Source: Haplodiscus bocki
Lineage: Eukaryota
DNA: 64,000 nucleotides
Reading direction: 5' to 3'
Assembly (NCBI GenBank): GCA_965655095.1
Contig: OZ296648.1
Span: 101,556,001 to 101,620,000, forward strand
Shown here: positions 1 to 14,500 of the stretch, one piece after another
Layout: each line of letters starts with the position of its first letter
Position numbering within the stretch: position 1 is the stretch's first letter
Program-made: the position numbers and the translations under genes
The notes under the pieces: generated by a model
Databases searched by the model: none
Told to the model about the DNA's origin: nothing
The model's input: the letters and a program-made list of their open reading frames with translations, nothing else

Positions 1-1565
1 AAAACGAACAACGAGACGCTCAATTAAAAGTTCAAAAATTCACATTTACTCTTAATTTTTTCAACAGATTTTTAAAGTTTTAACTTTTCGCGGCTTCTCT
101 TAAAATCAAAATTTCCTTCGAATACTTGTGAAATATTTTGATTAAAAACGATTTCTTTCTAGTACGTCGGAAAAATGATATTTTTGAGACAAATCGGGCC
201 ACTTTTCAATAAAACCTAAAATTTGTTGAGGAAACCTTGTTTTGCTATCAAAGATTAGTCGGTAACAATACAATAAGGAGTAAATAAACTTATTAAAAAA
301 TGTGGCCTATAGCGAGATTCGAACCTTCTACTTCAGTTTCTATAGTCGTAGTGACACCCCACCTATACGTATCTTACAAAACACTATCGAATCTGCGGAA
401 AAATTGAGCGTCATGGGCAAAATCTATTACAGCAAAAAAACTATCTACTGACAGAATTTTTTTCCTTTCGATGCTTTTTTCTTGGCGGTAAACAACACAA
501 AAGTTTTTGTCGAAATGTTAAAAAACTGCTAATGGATATCAAATACCTAGCATGGCCTATATCTTACAGGTAATTTCTCTGGAGACTTGAAGGCTGCGAA
601 AAGTTTGAACTATGAGAAATTTTCCTACATTGTTTGCAGGTTACCATTTTTATCAAAACATCATTTGAATCGGCAGGTATTTCCAGTTTGAGATGGTTAA
701 AGACTGTTCTTGATCTATACCTTTTTGTCGAAATTTTTGGGTCCACATGACGTCCAGTTGGGCAACTACAACACTCCTGACTGGTCTTTTCACAGCTTTT
801 CAAATCAGTCACATAGTCGTTCCTTTGTTGTCGGGTTTTTGCATTTCTCAAGTCATCCGGTAAGCGTTCCATTGGCTGTGCAAAATTTATGTCTCTGATA
901 TTCTCTCTTCCATGGTATTTGTCGGTGTCACGATGTAAACAAAAGGTCGTGAGATCAAATTTTTCTTTCTTTTCCATTGAAATATGCCGGTGCCATTATC
1001 AAAACCAAAACCACAAAGTTTCCACCTCTTCATAAATTTGGTGCTCGGGTTACTTCTCTCACAAATTACTCCAAGATAGACCTGGACGTCTTTCATTCCA
1101 ATGTGTTGGTGGGTAACCTTTCCTGCGTTTTTACATGGCAATGCCTGCTAGAAATTACTTTTACCTTGTAAGCATTTCATTTCGAAATGATTTGACGCAC
1201 GCAGGTGTAGACCTTGGAGAAAAGAAAATGCGCAAGGGAATTTGCTCTTACTCGAGTAGAAATTAACACGCATTGATTTTTTAGAAAATAGGCAATTTGA
1301 CTTTCCCAGGCTTAAATTCCTTTTTAAACGCTTTTTGTCGTCTTCAGGAGATTTCAACCTCACTTGATTGAAAGTTTCCTCCTGTCTATTTTCGCTCGCT
1401 GTGTTCAGCGTGATTTTATGAACTTTTTGTGCGTTCTGTGATCTACCAAATCATTTTTTTAACCCAAAACAGTAAATTTGATTACATCAGAATCATGATT
1501 TGAACTTCCAACTATCACTGCAGCTATGTTTGTTGGTTTTCCAATTCCAGTGCCCCGCTTTTTGT

Positions 1566-1723
1566 NNNNNNNNNNNNNNNNNNNNNNNNNNNNNNNNNNN
1601 NNNNNNNNNNNNNNNNNNNNNNNNNNNNNNNNNNNNNNNNNNNNNNNNNNNNNNNNNNNNNNNNNNNNNNNNNNNNNNNNNNNNNNNNNNNNNNNNNNNN
1701 NNNNNNNNNNNNNNNNNNNNNNN
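1566..1723. other. Assembly gap (158 N)
   Basis: Run of N. Confidence 1.
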
Positions 1724-3087
1724 AATGCGACCTATCTATTGAAAACTGAAGATGAGTATTAATTAGTCTGGCAACGTTTCTTCCAAAACCTTCAACAGGG
1801 CTACAGTTTGGGAAACAACCCATTGGCGAAATTCAACTCAGCTAAAACCGATTTGATTTGACAGGAGAAGATTTCATGTGGATATTCTTCATTTTTCTTT
1901 ACCAATTTTTTAAATGTTTTCGTATCATTCTTCAGTTTATCATGTAAATCACCTAGATCTTAGTTCACATACGCCTAGTAATTCTTGAGTTATGTCATGG
2001 AATTACTTTTCAAAATTACGTAACTGACAACAAGTGTACAACAATATGCTTGACTCGAAAAAGTGTTTTGGTCAGAGTTTCCAAAATGAACAGCGAACCC
2101 TTCAAACTTGTTTTTGTGGAACTCACAACCTTTGATTTATACCCTAATCGAAGCTGCAAGCTGGTTTTGGTAGATTTTTGATGTTGCATACACTTTTTAC
2201 AAGTTTTCAGAAAGTGCATCAAATTTTTGTATTGCGCTGCAGAATGACTGCAGCATGAAAGTTTGTAGAAATTTTTTCGTTGCAATTTTCAAAAAATCTA
2301 TGCATTTTTAATAATGCAACATACAAAACTTAGAAAATTTCTGTTGTCCATTTTTGCGAAATTTTCTTTTTCAAAAAAATTCAATTGAAAATTTATTTTG
2401 GTATTTTTACAAAATTTTTCATGCAACTTAGAAATTTTTCCGTGCATGTTGTTCACCATTACATGGAATCAGAAGTTGAGTTTTAGTTATAATTTAATCA
2501 TTTCACAGACTTCTTTCTTTGACTACCAGAAAGTTTCATCTCGGGAAATTTTTTATTAATATGTAAAGTATGGCGTTTCAAAGCCTTTTAAGACGATTTT
2601 TCATGAATTCACTGAAATGTTGACGAAACAAAATGATTTCAATTGTCCAAGGGAATGAACAACCAATATACTGCTCGATAAAAAAAGTGCAAAAAAATAC
2701 CAATTGCGCGATAACGTGAGTGCGAATTTTGACGGGGTCGGAAAGATGGTCAATATGCTCACAAAGACTTCATGCTAGTTCGTTTCGACGAATTGGTCAA
2801 TATATAATAAAAATTTGAATTGCCCTTTGGACTTTTTCTGTAGAATTTTTTAAAACGCTTGAAATATTTTGTAAGTTTTTGTAAAATTCTTGGAAGTGTT
2901 TCTAAAATTCTTTGAAGTTTTGGAAAACTTTGCAAGTTGCATGGATGTTTTGTAATAATTTTCCATGCATGCTTTCTGAATTTTCTATGTTTTATTAAAA
3001 ATTTCATCTGCACGCATCGAAGCAACATGCAAAACTTCCATGGCTTTTCAACTAGGGTACTAAACTATTGAAAAAAATTGTACAAAC

Positions 3088-4296
3088 CTCACAGTTTACG
3101 GGCAGAGTTTCCAAAGTGTCAACATCCACAATTTTTACTTCATTGTCACTTGTAACTTTTCCCACAGTCCCCGAAAGAATCACTTCTCTGGGAGTAAAAT
3201 ATGGCACACTGGTTGCCCCTCCTTCGGTCATACCGTAACTCTGAATAACAGAGACAGGATGGTCTGGTTCAAACAGGGAGTAGAACTTCTCAATTGTATC
3301 TTTAGACAACGAAGCTGCACCTGTCATTACGTTTTTGATGGAGGTCAAAGTTCGATTTTTGACGGACGGGTCTTTCACGAGTTTTGTCATGATCGCTGGC
3401 AACATGTAAATTGTATCTACTTCGTATTTTTCGATAGCATCCAGCATAGTTTCATAATTGAATCGACGTTGCATTATCACTCTGCAGTTTAAAAATGGCG
3501 AAATTGCCGCCCCACATGCAAGACCATACAAGTGAAACATGGGGGGTATCAGAAAAGCGGTTGACAGTGGCTTACAATCGAGGTGGTCCAGATTAAGCAA
3601 CTGGATCTTGTAGAACAGTTTCAAGAAATATCTCCAACTTTCCTGCATAAAAGGGACCCCTTTAGAAGTGCCAGTGGTTCCGCTGCTGTATAACAATGAA
3701 GTCACTTCATTATTGAAGTCTCTCTCAATTTTGGGAAAAGCTAAACTAGCACCGGAATTGTAATCGTAAATGTCTTTCATCAGAAGAATTTCAGTAATTG
3801 TTGACCCGGACAACTCGCTCAGGTCGAAATCAGGTTCTGTCAGCAAGATGATTCGATTCACTTTAGAGCCTTCTATCGCTTTCAGAGATTTTTCCAGGAA
3901 ATTGCGGTCACCAGGAATGAACAAAAGGCAGCTGTTGCTGTCAACCAATTGATGGTTCATTTCGAAAGCAGAATAGAGGGCGTTGCACCACATTGACGTC
4001 ATAGCAACAAGGTCACTTCCATAAAAGGCAATCGGACATTCTGGTAAATTATAGGAGCATACGCATAAGCAGTGCCCTTTTCTGTAGCCCAGTTTCCACA
4101 AACCATTAGCCAGAGCAATGGAGTTGTCCCTCACCTCTCCACAGGTAACTTCTCTCCCAGAGGGAAGATCCACAAACAAAGTCTGAGATAGTTTAGTTTC
4201 TAATTTGTCCAGAAGGATATGCCCAAAAGATTCGTTTGGCAACACAACCTCTTCGGACACAGGTCCGATAAAATGAGCCAGTTTTTCTTCGACCAT
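3088..4296 (-). CDS. 4-coumarate-CoA ligase-like / firefly-luciferase-like adenylate-forming enzyme (ANL superfamily), first coding exon; downstream exon(s) not seen
   Basis: AMP-binding P-loop LYSSGTTGTSKG, PMFHLYG, TGAASL, SYGMTE, GTVGK and KIVDVDT motifs. Similarity stops at ...PVNCE, followed by a phase-0 donor GAG|GTTTGT (3087). The ORF-track tail VCTIFFNSLVP is intronic. Confidence 0.88.
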
Positions 4297-7200
4297 CTCC
4301 AGTTTTTTTGGCTTGAGTAATAATTTATGCTTGAAATTTTGCTATTACCGTGTTTTCGATGAACTTGAACAATTATTTGATCTTCTGGATGTTAACTTCA
4401 ACGTAATTGGTTGTTAACATAATTGATAACAAGTTAAAGTTTACATTTCAGGCGTTAGTTCAGCGCCTCAAAGACCTTAAAAACCATTGGAAGATCAAAG
4501 TTCCTGATATGTCAATTTTCAGGATACCGGAAAGCTCAAAGGCCTCAAAAATTAGATTTCGAAAAAATTGAATAATTGAAGATATTCAAGACAAAGCTGT
4601 TGAGATTGAAGGCATTGATGGTTCTTTGATTTTTGCATAATTTAGGGTTACTTGAAAGAGTTTCAAAAAAAACAAGAAGCGTCGAAAAGTACACTGCAAA
4701 AACGGTGCTCAATTTACCTGTGGCCAGAATGTATTTTGGGCCCACATGCGGCTTAACTGCGGCTTACCTACATGCAACGGCAGGTAAAATTACACGCAAA
4801 TTTGCGGCAAGTATTACTTAAAATTTACAGGTAATTTCACCTGTCGTTAATTTGCAGGTAATTTTGCTCGCAAGTCGCATGCAATTTTACAGATAGATGC
4901 CGGTAAAAGTATGTTAAATTTTTTACATCGTGTAAAACTTCGCGCTAATACCTGCATTTTTTCTTTTTCAGAAAAAACTGGTTATTGGAGAAAATTGATA
5001 AAATATTTAGTGGACTCTCGTTTGAAAACCATCAAGAGAGAATACCTCTGTGGGAAGGGGAAAATCGAACTCCCTCGTTAGCGAAAGGTGAGTTTAAAAT
5101 AGGAAAATATCCCCAGTTGACCCAATAAAATGACATTTTAATGTCGGAATTTTTGAGAAAATCAATTTTCTATACAATTTACCAATCAATGCCACAATAT
5201 ATAGTCAGTGTAGAAAAATTTTCATTTCTGAACTGAGAATGAGAAAAAAGGTGAAGAGAGAGTGAGCGTTGCCGGTTCGTCTTCCGACACCCTAGACTAA
5301 GTCGTAGTAATGTCTCAGCGAGACACATGGACCAATCTCCTGCTAGATAATTTCCGCGGAAAAATTTACGTGTATCAGCCAATAATTTTAACTGCGGCTG
5401 TCAGGCAATTTTGCCTGTGCCATTTTTACTGTGTACAATCAAGTAATTGATCTAAGTATTTGTCCAAGTCTTATAGACCTGCAATGCTCCAAAATTTGAA
5501 TGTCTTGAAGGAAATAGTGACTCTGCTGAAATGCACAGTTCAACTGAGTTTAGAGAAAGTTTCTTATCTAGCGCGATAAGAAATTAGCGCGAAATTTCTT
5601 ATGTAAATTTGACTTAATTGTTACGCAAACTGCGACAAAATTTCGAATTGAACTCATGCTCAATTGCAGCAGATTATGATGTTGTGTAGCTGTTCTGTTT
5701 GAGTCCATAATTGCTTATGAAGTTTAGTAGATAACTTTCTATCATTTCTCGAATAATTTGGGATAATTATAATTATACCAAAGTATTCTAGTAATCATAA
5801 AACATCAAATTATGATTATCCCAAAATATTTGAGAAATCATGAAACGTCATCTACGCAAGTCATTAGCAATTATGGACTTTAACAAAACAACTAGACCCG
5901 ACGCATTCGAAGTTTTTGGAATTCTTGAATAATTCAAGTTATGAAAACAAGATATGAATGGGTGTCGGTCTTTCTCCTTTGACCTACCTCAGAGAAAAAG
6001 TGAAAATTTCGCGCTGAAAATGCACCTGAATGATCGTAGAAGGGTCTTTCGATCCCATTATAGAATATGACTTTTCCATTAGTTTTTGGAGTCAATGTGG
6101 AAAAACATCGAAATGCTGTAAAATGTTCGAATAACAAGACATTTGCCCGAAATCAACCATTTAGAACAAACATAGGTGCGACTAACCTTACCTCTGGGCT
6201 TTGGGAAAACAGTTTGAATAGCACCCCGACAAAATGAAGCAGCATTGATTTATTGTTCGTCTTTTTCATTGGAGGAAAATGCCAAAACCCCGCCAAAAAA
6301 CTGGAACAATGCATCATCCATTTATTTTTTGGCGGAAACCACATCTTTCTATAGAAAAATTTCGATATCAAAAAAAAATCACCGATTGCTTCTCTACAAA
6401 ATAGGCACGCACCACTTCCAGCAGGTCACAAAAGATCTGTCAGCAGCGAGGGTATGATATTTCAACGAAAACTTTGACAAAATTTATCAGAAAACCCTGA
6501 AAACACGCGAATTACACGAATTTTTGAATTAAACAGACACATCTTCGAAACACTTTCAGGATCAAAATATAGCACCGGAAGTGAAAATCAGCGGATCGCA
6601 GTCGTACACCGGCCACAGACTTAAATATGTCAATTGAGGTAAAACTTTTGCGCCAGTTCTAGAAATTTTGGCGTAGAGATTGAACTTTTGGAGAATAGCG
6701 CCAGAACAAAACGGCTGACCACCAACCGAGCATTTTCCTCACTTCAAGTATGTTAAAAGTGCTGACAAACTGGCTACCAGATGCTCACGAGGATCCTTGT
6801 CTCGGATTATTGATTTCCTCGTAACGTCTCATTGAAGCATGATTTAAAACCTTCATGAGATCATTCAGCCATTCTAGCTGTCTGGTCAAAGGATCTTTTA
6901 CTGCTTTTTACTGTCCTGTTGCCTCCATAGACGTAACGGGAGTTTCCTGGGAATCATTGTAACTGTTCATGTCCAATGCTGTGTTACCGTTCAGGCTATT
7001 AGTCTTGTCGTCAATGTCGGTAGTGTTAACTTCTCTTACTAGTGTGGCTCATAAGACTCGAAGACAATGTGTTTTGATTCATGAAATGAATGAATTGAGA
7101 GAAGAGGTGATAAAACATAGTGTAAGGAATACACAATGGAATTTGTAAAAGTTAACAAAAGGAGAAATTTACTTTGGAGAGTTTTATCTTCGCAGCAAAT

Positions 7201-10200
7201 TGTACCGTTGGCAAATTATCTTTGTTGACTGTGCTAGGTGACCAAATACTGCGAGTTGATCAAATGACACCATACTCTACTGTCATTGGCTACTTGCCGT
7301 AGCACATCAAACAAAACGCAGATGGTAACGCTAGATAGTCCATGAAACAACACAATGGCCGTGGAAATGGACTGCCCTTTTAATGGTTGAAAAATGATGT
7401 CTGTTGTTCGTGGCAGTGCCAACTTTTTAAAATGCTGGAAAATTATCCCCTAAGCAGCTTTTCTAGCTTTTTACTCAAAAACACATGTCTAACAACTTGG
7501 TATCACATTCTTTCATTTGAGCCACAAATGTTGATGTCTAGAATGTTTGATGCACTTCGTTTTACAGCACTTAGGAAAGATGCTTCCGTTGGGTGTTGGC
7601 GCCAGAGATTTGGAAAACACTAAAACATGAAAACTTGTCCAACATAGCTGAAGTGTTTGATATTTCGATTTGACCCAAAATCAGGCCTTGACAATTCCCT
7701 TGCATGTGGAATTTTCAATTTGCTGACATCTTGCAAACTTTGACCCTCAAAAATTTAGAAAACAATGATATTGATATCTGAACTCGTCTTGACCTTCAAA
7801 CTGCTGTATCTCAAGGTCACTTAAAGGCGATCTAGTTTTGATTTGTCGTCTATTTATGTTGAGTGGACTAGCTGCCCACCAAGATTCAGCCGAATTGGAG
7901 ACAAAAAGTTTTTTCCGCGCCCTACGGCGGACTTGGAGAAGTTTATTTTTGGTATGCGTTTCAGTAAGATTTTTCAATTTTTTTTCTCACTGTTTATTCT
8001 TCCAATGTTTCAGATCAATCACTGGTGCTTCAAGGGTGTGTGATGTTTCCATATGGACCCAATTGACATGTATTTAATGCCTAACGTGGAAGGAATAAGC
8101 AGTATTCGTGAGATTTAGTTAAAAAGCTTGTCTTTTATAGCTTGACTTCCCGTTTTCTGTGCCTTTTGTCCCTCTCAAACCATCATTCACGTTGCACCTA
8201 CGCAAATCATGTGTTTCGGATTTTCGTGCTTGTTGGATGTCACATACCCCTTTCTGATATTGAGTTGATTTACTTAAATGGATATATTCAATGATTACTG
8301 AATCAGCTTTTACCATATTTTAAATATTTTATTAAATGAGTGAATATTCGTTCATATGGAGTTGTTTAACCCACATCTACCACTTTTAGGCAACCACATG
8401 TTAATTTGGTCTTGACCGCAACCAGTCCACTTTCTGTTCACGTTTTAAACAATCAGTTCTTATGCATTAGAGAGTTTCTTTGTTATGTAAACAATGCATT
8501 TTATCGTTAAGGTAGTTGGACTTAGATGAACGCTAACGAGCGGTCGATAAAAAACTTGAGATTAAATTGTTCAATATTTCACAGTCGAGCGTCAAAGACA
8601 GATTCTAGTCATTAAATGGCAATTTTTTCAGCAAGACTGTCTAGTTCGAGAAGATTTGGAGATTAAAAATCTCAAAGTTAGAAATAGCTAGCTTTTGGAG
8701 CTATTTCGCATCAGCTTCCAGATATATTCTTTTCCAGAAAATGAATTCCTTTTTATGATTGAAAAGTGGGACTGACCAAAGACCGTCATAAGATTGACCA
8801 GCTTGTTGGGATTTGAGTCAGCCGTCACATTGGGAGTGAACAAAATCTCTCCTGACAAAGAAATTAATGCTCAAAGTTTGAATAAAACTTATTCAGTGGA
8901 CTGAGTGACGTTCATCGATTCGATCCTAATGTTATACCAGTGTTTTGGCTGGTATCTCGAAATAAGGAGCATGGTGCATTGAAACGACGATATAGTGCTA
9001 TAGGAGATACATGTCACATAATCACGTTCTAAGCAAATGGGAATGAAACAGCTAGACGTAGCGGCGTTCAGATTGGGTGTATTGTTTAATTGAAGTTGCA
9101 TAAACTACTTTTGTATAAGACTATAATAACTAAATTGAGGGCTTCACATGTAGAACGCAAGGTAATTGCATGCTTTTTGAAACGTTCATATTTTGCCATC
9201 ATGCAGGGATATGAAACTCACTTCCTTTGAGTTTTTTTTGAAAGGGTCACCCAATTCTGCAGATAGTGCTTATCGATGAAGAAAACATGTCTTTCTTCGC
9301 TGATTCCCTTTGGGAATGGTTTCAATTCTGACACAAGTTTGCTGGATTGGGTGAATGGTAGGCATATCACGGAGAGTACACTTTTTTTACGTACAGTCGT
9401 GTAAACTCCGCTCTGTATCTCTTTGATGGTTGAGAGACTCCCAACGATCCAATCTTGACTGTAGTGCAAATTTGACGTTCAGCTTGGTTTGATATGGCAA
9501 TAGTGTTGTCAGTGAGTCAGTCGGCTGGGATTCTGGGCGCCATCAGGTGCTTTCCGATAGTTAAATTTGATAATGAGTTGGTTTCAGAGGTAAATCATAA
9601 AAAAATGAGCTGACTGAATTATATGAAGTGCTGGCCACTGTCTCGGCAGTGTAATTTATCAAAAATAAGCAACGGCATCCAGTAATGCGCTGATAACTTT
9701 CATCAATTTTAGGTTGTCCGCGTGTTTAGTGAACAAATCAACAAGAACCACGGCACTTTGTCGTCATAAAACGCAACTCAAATTTGCGTCAAGGACCATT
9801 CAATGCGTTGCTCATTGTGTGAGCTTTGGTCTTTTGATTCCTCTCTCTTGCAGTAAATTTTTCGAACACAAATCAATTTCCAAGCTCTTTGAAAGAACCT
9901 GCATGCATCCTTACGCAATAATCAACAGTTGCCGTGGGACTCCGTTAACGTTTCAGTATGGTAATATTTCGTATTTTTCCAAGTAGATAATTTCGAACTT
10001 CATGATGATTTGCTTGTTTTGACGTTTGTAACAGTACAAGTTGAAACGTCTCGCGGTGCTGCCTTTGTTGAAATGTTTCAATTTCCGGCAGGATCTCATT
10101 CAAAAATGTTTATTTTTGTAAGTGATCGGTGAATTGTGTCTTTAAGAATTGCTCCAGATCATTCTAGTACACAAAGTTGACGTTTTAGATCTAATTATCA

Positions 10201-11599
10201 CTGCAGTTGTTGGTGAGCTCCTCATAGATGTATATCCTGATTGTGCTCTCGAACAGCTGCAGCGGGCTTTTGAGGGAGATCAAACAGTTGCTTCTTCTAT
10301 TCTTCAGGTAGAGAGTGAAGATCATTTTGTTGTTTCGCTCGGAATCATTGCACTTTTACAAACACTTCCTTACTTTAGATATTGCATATCAATGGTTAGG
10401 GTCTCGTTTGCTCGATTGTCATTTTTGAAAAAAAAGACACTGTTATTCTGCCGCGTAAATTCCATGCCGACAGACATTATTCTCCGTAAGCGTGAGCCTC
10501 TGACACAATAAGGACATAACTGGTGCGAGATGGTTGGAATCAACTAGATTCTGTCTCGGGGCTTAGCCATACTGTGCATAACTCTGCTGTCCTTGAGTGT
10601 CATTTTTCTTCATAGTGAGCGTACTTTACCTTCATTCTTCTGTCCAGGTGTCCTCTCGGCGTTTTAAGTTGAATCAACTCACACATCTTTGTCCTGACGA
10701 TTGCTTCTTCCTGTTCAGTGCGCAGTGATGGCAATTAACCGTTCTCCAGTCTGAGTGTCAATGGGCACAGAAATCATTTATAGCTATGTTTGTGATGGTG
10801 TCAGCCAGTGTCTTCTTTCTGCAGCGGCCTTTGCATCGCACATCCGTGTGCCCTTTGTGCAGGTCTTAAGAGTGGTAGCCAGTGTGTTTGCCGGTCCCGC
10901 GTCAGATTTATCCGTACCTGTGATCCCTGAGGCTGATCCTGCATCATTTCCTGGAAGGAATACTGCTAGATCACTGATCACTGCGGAGCCATTTGTTGAT
11001 CCTCCCCTGTCTCTTGGAGCTACTTCTGGTACGAAATTATCAAGATCATGTGAGATTGGACGTAAACGAGGCGACTTATTGGTGTCGTAGGAACGCTTCG
11101 TGTGATGAAAGGACTGGAAGTTACCTAGTGAGGTGCATCATGAGTGTTTGGGGAAAACTCAATTGAAAAGTGTGAGCAACATTACGTTATAGGCAGAACG
11201 TACTGCTCAGAAGTCTTTTTAACCTATAGCGAAGGTGAATAACGCGGACGCTCGCATGCTACTTTTGCGAAGATCGGTACAACGAATCGACGCGTAATAT
11301 GGGTTTCAGACACCATCACCATTTTTGATCATCATTTTTGATATCAGTTGAGGTTAGAGCCTCTAAATTATGCTGTCATGTTCAGCATGAGCATCGCCAG
11401 GGCTGCTTTGTTAATTAATACAAGCATTTAATAATCGTGGTGGAAAATACAGTCCAGGATTGTAACGTACACTGGAACTGGAGCTGGTTGCTCGTGCAAC
11501 TGGTTCTGGAGGTTCTTGAAATTCAATATCAGCAACAAGTAGAGGAAGTCGTGGATGTAGGTGGGTTCATTTCAAGTAGTGTGACTTCAGGAGAATGAA

Positions 11600-14500
11600 T
11601 ATCTTGGTAAACATTTTCAGTTGATATGGAATGGTGATCCGGTAGATAGTTCAGCTATTTCAGCTGGAGGATCCACGAGAGGGTCGTGATACGTCTCCGG
11701 AAGAGACGGTGATGGTGTGATGACAAGGTCGTCAACTGGGATTGACTGGCGTGCCTCGGGTTGGAAAAGCATGATGTTATCTGGTGGAGTTTCGTTTTTG
11801 GATTCCATAGTGTCCTATGGAGTAATATCATGTTGATTCGTCTGGGATGCTATTAAAGTGTTCTGGCTCGGCGATCAAGTCAGAATCATTGTAGAACTGT
11901 AGAGTCAAGGACCTTCTCCTGTGGATTGAATTTGCGTAGACGCAAGCAGAGAACGCAGTGAGTTTTGTTTGAAACATTCAACCAAATGATGTGCTTCGAT
12001 TACGAGAAGACCGTTTTTACTTTGTAAGGACCGTTCTAGTGGACTGTTTTGGGCTGTGATTTGCCCAACTGTTTGTTGTTCTCAGGACTGAATAAGAATG
12101 TATAATCAATAACTTTCAAAGCTAATATGCTGTTTTTGGTTCGTGGGAGTAAATTTGTTTGTGAACGGCTCCAAGTTTAATACAAGTTTCTCCTTTATAA
12201 TTTTAGTTGACTCCATCAATCGATGTTTTGATGTCAGTTTTCACTGACTGTGTTTGAATGGGATTGCTGGAATTGACATTGAGTTCATTGTGGGAAAATG
12301 TCTGCGGGACGTTTAAGTCGGTGTGTTTTTGATGGGCTGATGGTACTTATTGGGAGCTAAAACAGCTAATTTGGCCTATTTATCCCAGTGAAGTGTGTCA
12401 TTTTTGACATCGATTTTCAGAATCTGCTGAAGTTTTTATTGTTTACATTCGATCATATCAATGTTCTGGGCAGGTTTCGAAGTTGGGTGGTTGTTTTGAG
12501 TGCCAGATGCTTCCAACATTTAACTCATGACCTGGGTGATAAATGCGGTTTCCCTTCCAGTGAGGACGTGCTTCCGTACATAGGCGCTCTGTTCCAAGAT
12601 TTGTCAGAGTGTCTGGTCAACTGAGGTAGTGTCGGGTCAAGGGAGTGTTAAGGCAAACAGGTATCCGAAGAACACATAGCAGGCAGCCAAGACGTTGTGC
12701 ATCAGTTTGGAGTAGGTAGTTCGCCTATCAGGTCGATTTTCAACATATTTTCAGGCCCAATACACAAGTCGTAGATTCACTATGTTGCTGTTGTATTTAC
12801 ATGATTTAACTCTAGTTTACAATTGGCATTTGTTGATGCACGACTTGACATTAGGAGGTAAGTTACGTGTGTCAAAACACTCTAACTTTTTTAGCATATT
12901 TAATGAGCCAGGATGTCACTGCATCGGTTCTCTTATACAATCTCCCATCTTCGATGATGCTGTCCAACGCCGCCAGCTGTTTTTTTGGACTCTATCACTG
13001 TGCTCAAAGCACTTGCTAAATATGAATCTGCTAAAAACTCAAGTCTATTACTGTGAACAGTTTTTGAAAAAAGCTGCTTTCTAAGTTTATTTAATTAGGA
13101 AGGAGTTCACCGTCGCTGGGAGATTTTGGATCATCCTTTGCATGTCGGGGTCCTTCAGCCGTGTTAAAATTACATTAGTCTCTCTTTGTGTGTTTGCTTG
13201 GTTCCTTGACATGTGATGGTGCGAACTCTTCTTAAAAATCGCTTGAAAAAGTCAGAGTCACTTGTGGTGCCTTTTTATTATACTTGAGTCGTTGTCTGAT
13301 GAATTCATGCCTGCATCTGTATTTATCATCAGTCTTTCCATCAGATTTAATGAACACCACCAGAGTGATGTCAACGTGCTCCTCCTGTGGACTCGTGGAC
13401 ACATGGCGGTGATCTGATGAGGTCACTTACTTGGAGTTGAAGTCTTCTTCTATTTCATCATGTTTTGGTGCTTTGGAAGCTATGTCTGTCTCATTGTAAT
13501 GGATTGGGGTCGAATCAGTCAATTTCAGGTGAAGTTGATTGGTCGCTACTATGTGTAAACGAGACAGATAGTAAACAGCGGAGTTTTTGAGGCCTGGACT
13601 ATGGGTTGAAATGAAACTTAAATGAATGGCTTGATCACAGAGGTGTCATATTTTCAGAGAAATATGCTTTGCCTCGAAGAATGAATTGAATTCTGTGATG
13701 TCCGTCATTACAATCAGGGCTTTTTAATGCCCCACAGTACGTGGCCACACTCGTCGAAAGCAAAGTGCAAAACTAAAATTTCTTTAATTTACATTTTCCC
13801 ATTGTAAATCGTTGAAGCTGATGGCTGGAGCGTCATTTGTTTTAGTTTGCTCTCCATTGGCTGCACTGTGGCCTTCAATTATCAGAAATTAGCCTGCTGC
13901 GTTCTCGCTTGCTCTGCACATGATTATGAATTGTAGATCGAGAGGCGCACGTAAGGACAGTTCTGCAGCTTTGGCTAGGTTTTCATTTATGTCAAAGATG
14001 GTGTCGTTTTTCGCTTGTGTTGGTTGAAACATTACGTCCTTCCGGAGAAGTTTATGCACAAGTTTCAGTATCTCGGCTAATAGGGTGATATTTTGCCTGC
14101 AAAAAATTGCAAAACCTACTTTTTGTTACAGTGCTTTCACTGGAAAACGCAGCAGAATTTTCACTAAATATAAAGACAGCAAAAAAGCGATTGGTTCTTC
14201 ATTTTGAAAATGTACTGAAAGGCGTCTTCCCTAGTTTGGCAGATTCATGTTAGTAAAGTTATTGAATGCAATACACCTTCATTTCGGATCTCGGGGAAGA
14301 CGAATTCTAGAAGACCATATCTTTCATCATTTGATACTTCTTGTGGTAAACGCAACTCTGTACGAAATTACTCCGCTGCTAACAGAGGCTTATTGATTAC
14401 AGGATTCAATTCAAACAATTTCCGGAGTAGCTTCTTGTTTATCATAATTTCATTTTCTTCAGGCGGTTCTTTCAACGTTCGATGTGCGAACAATTTACCC

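Noticed and set aside
300-372. tRNA gene on the minus strand (B-box-like GGTTCGAATCTC)
   Set aside because: No convincing cloverleaf or acceptor stem; at most a decayed tRNA-derived SINE head.
564-1363. Cys-containing minus-strand ORF fragments as the missing 4CL exon or a zinc-finger gene
   Set aside because: No ANL C-terminal motifs and no recognisable domain; probably decayed repeat.
1500-1823. ORFs spanning the N run
   Set aside because: Artefacts of the assembly gap.
4691-5434. MITE with terminal inverted repeats (TACACTGCAAAAACGG / CCATTTTTACTGTGTA)
   Set aside because: Only a short imperfect match in AT-rich DNA; cannot be supported without other copies.
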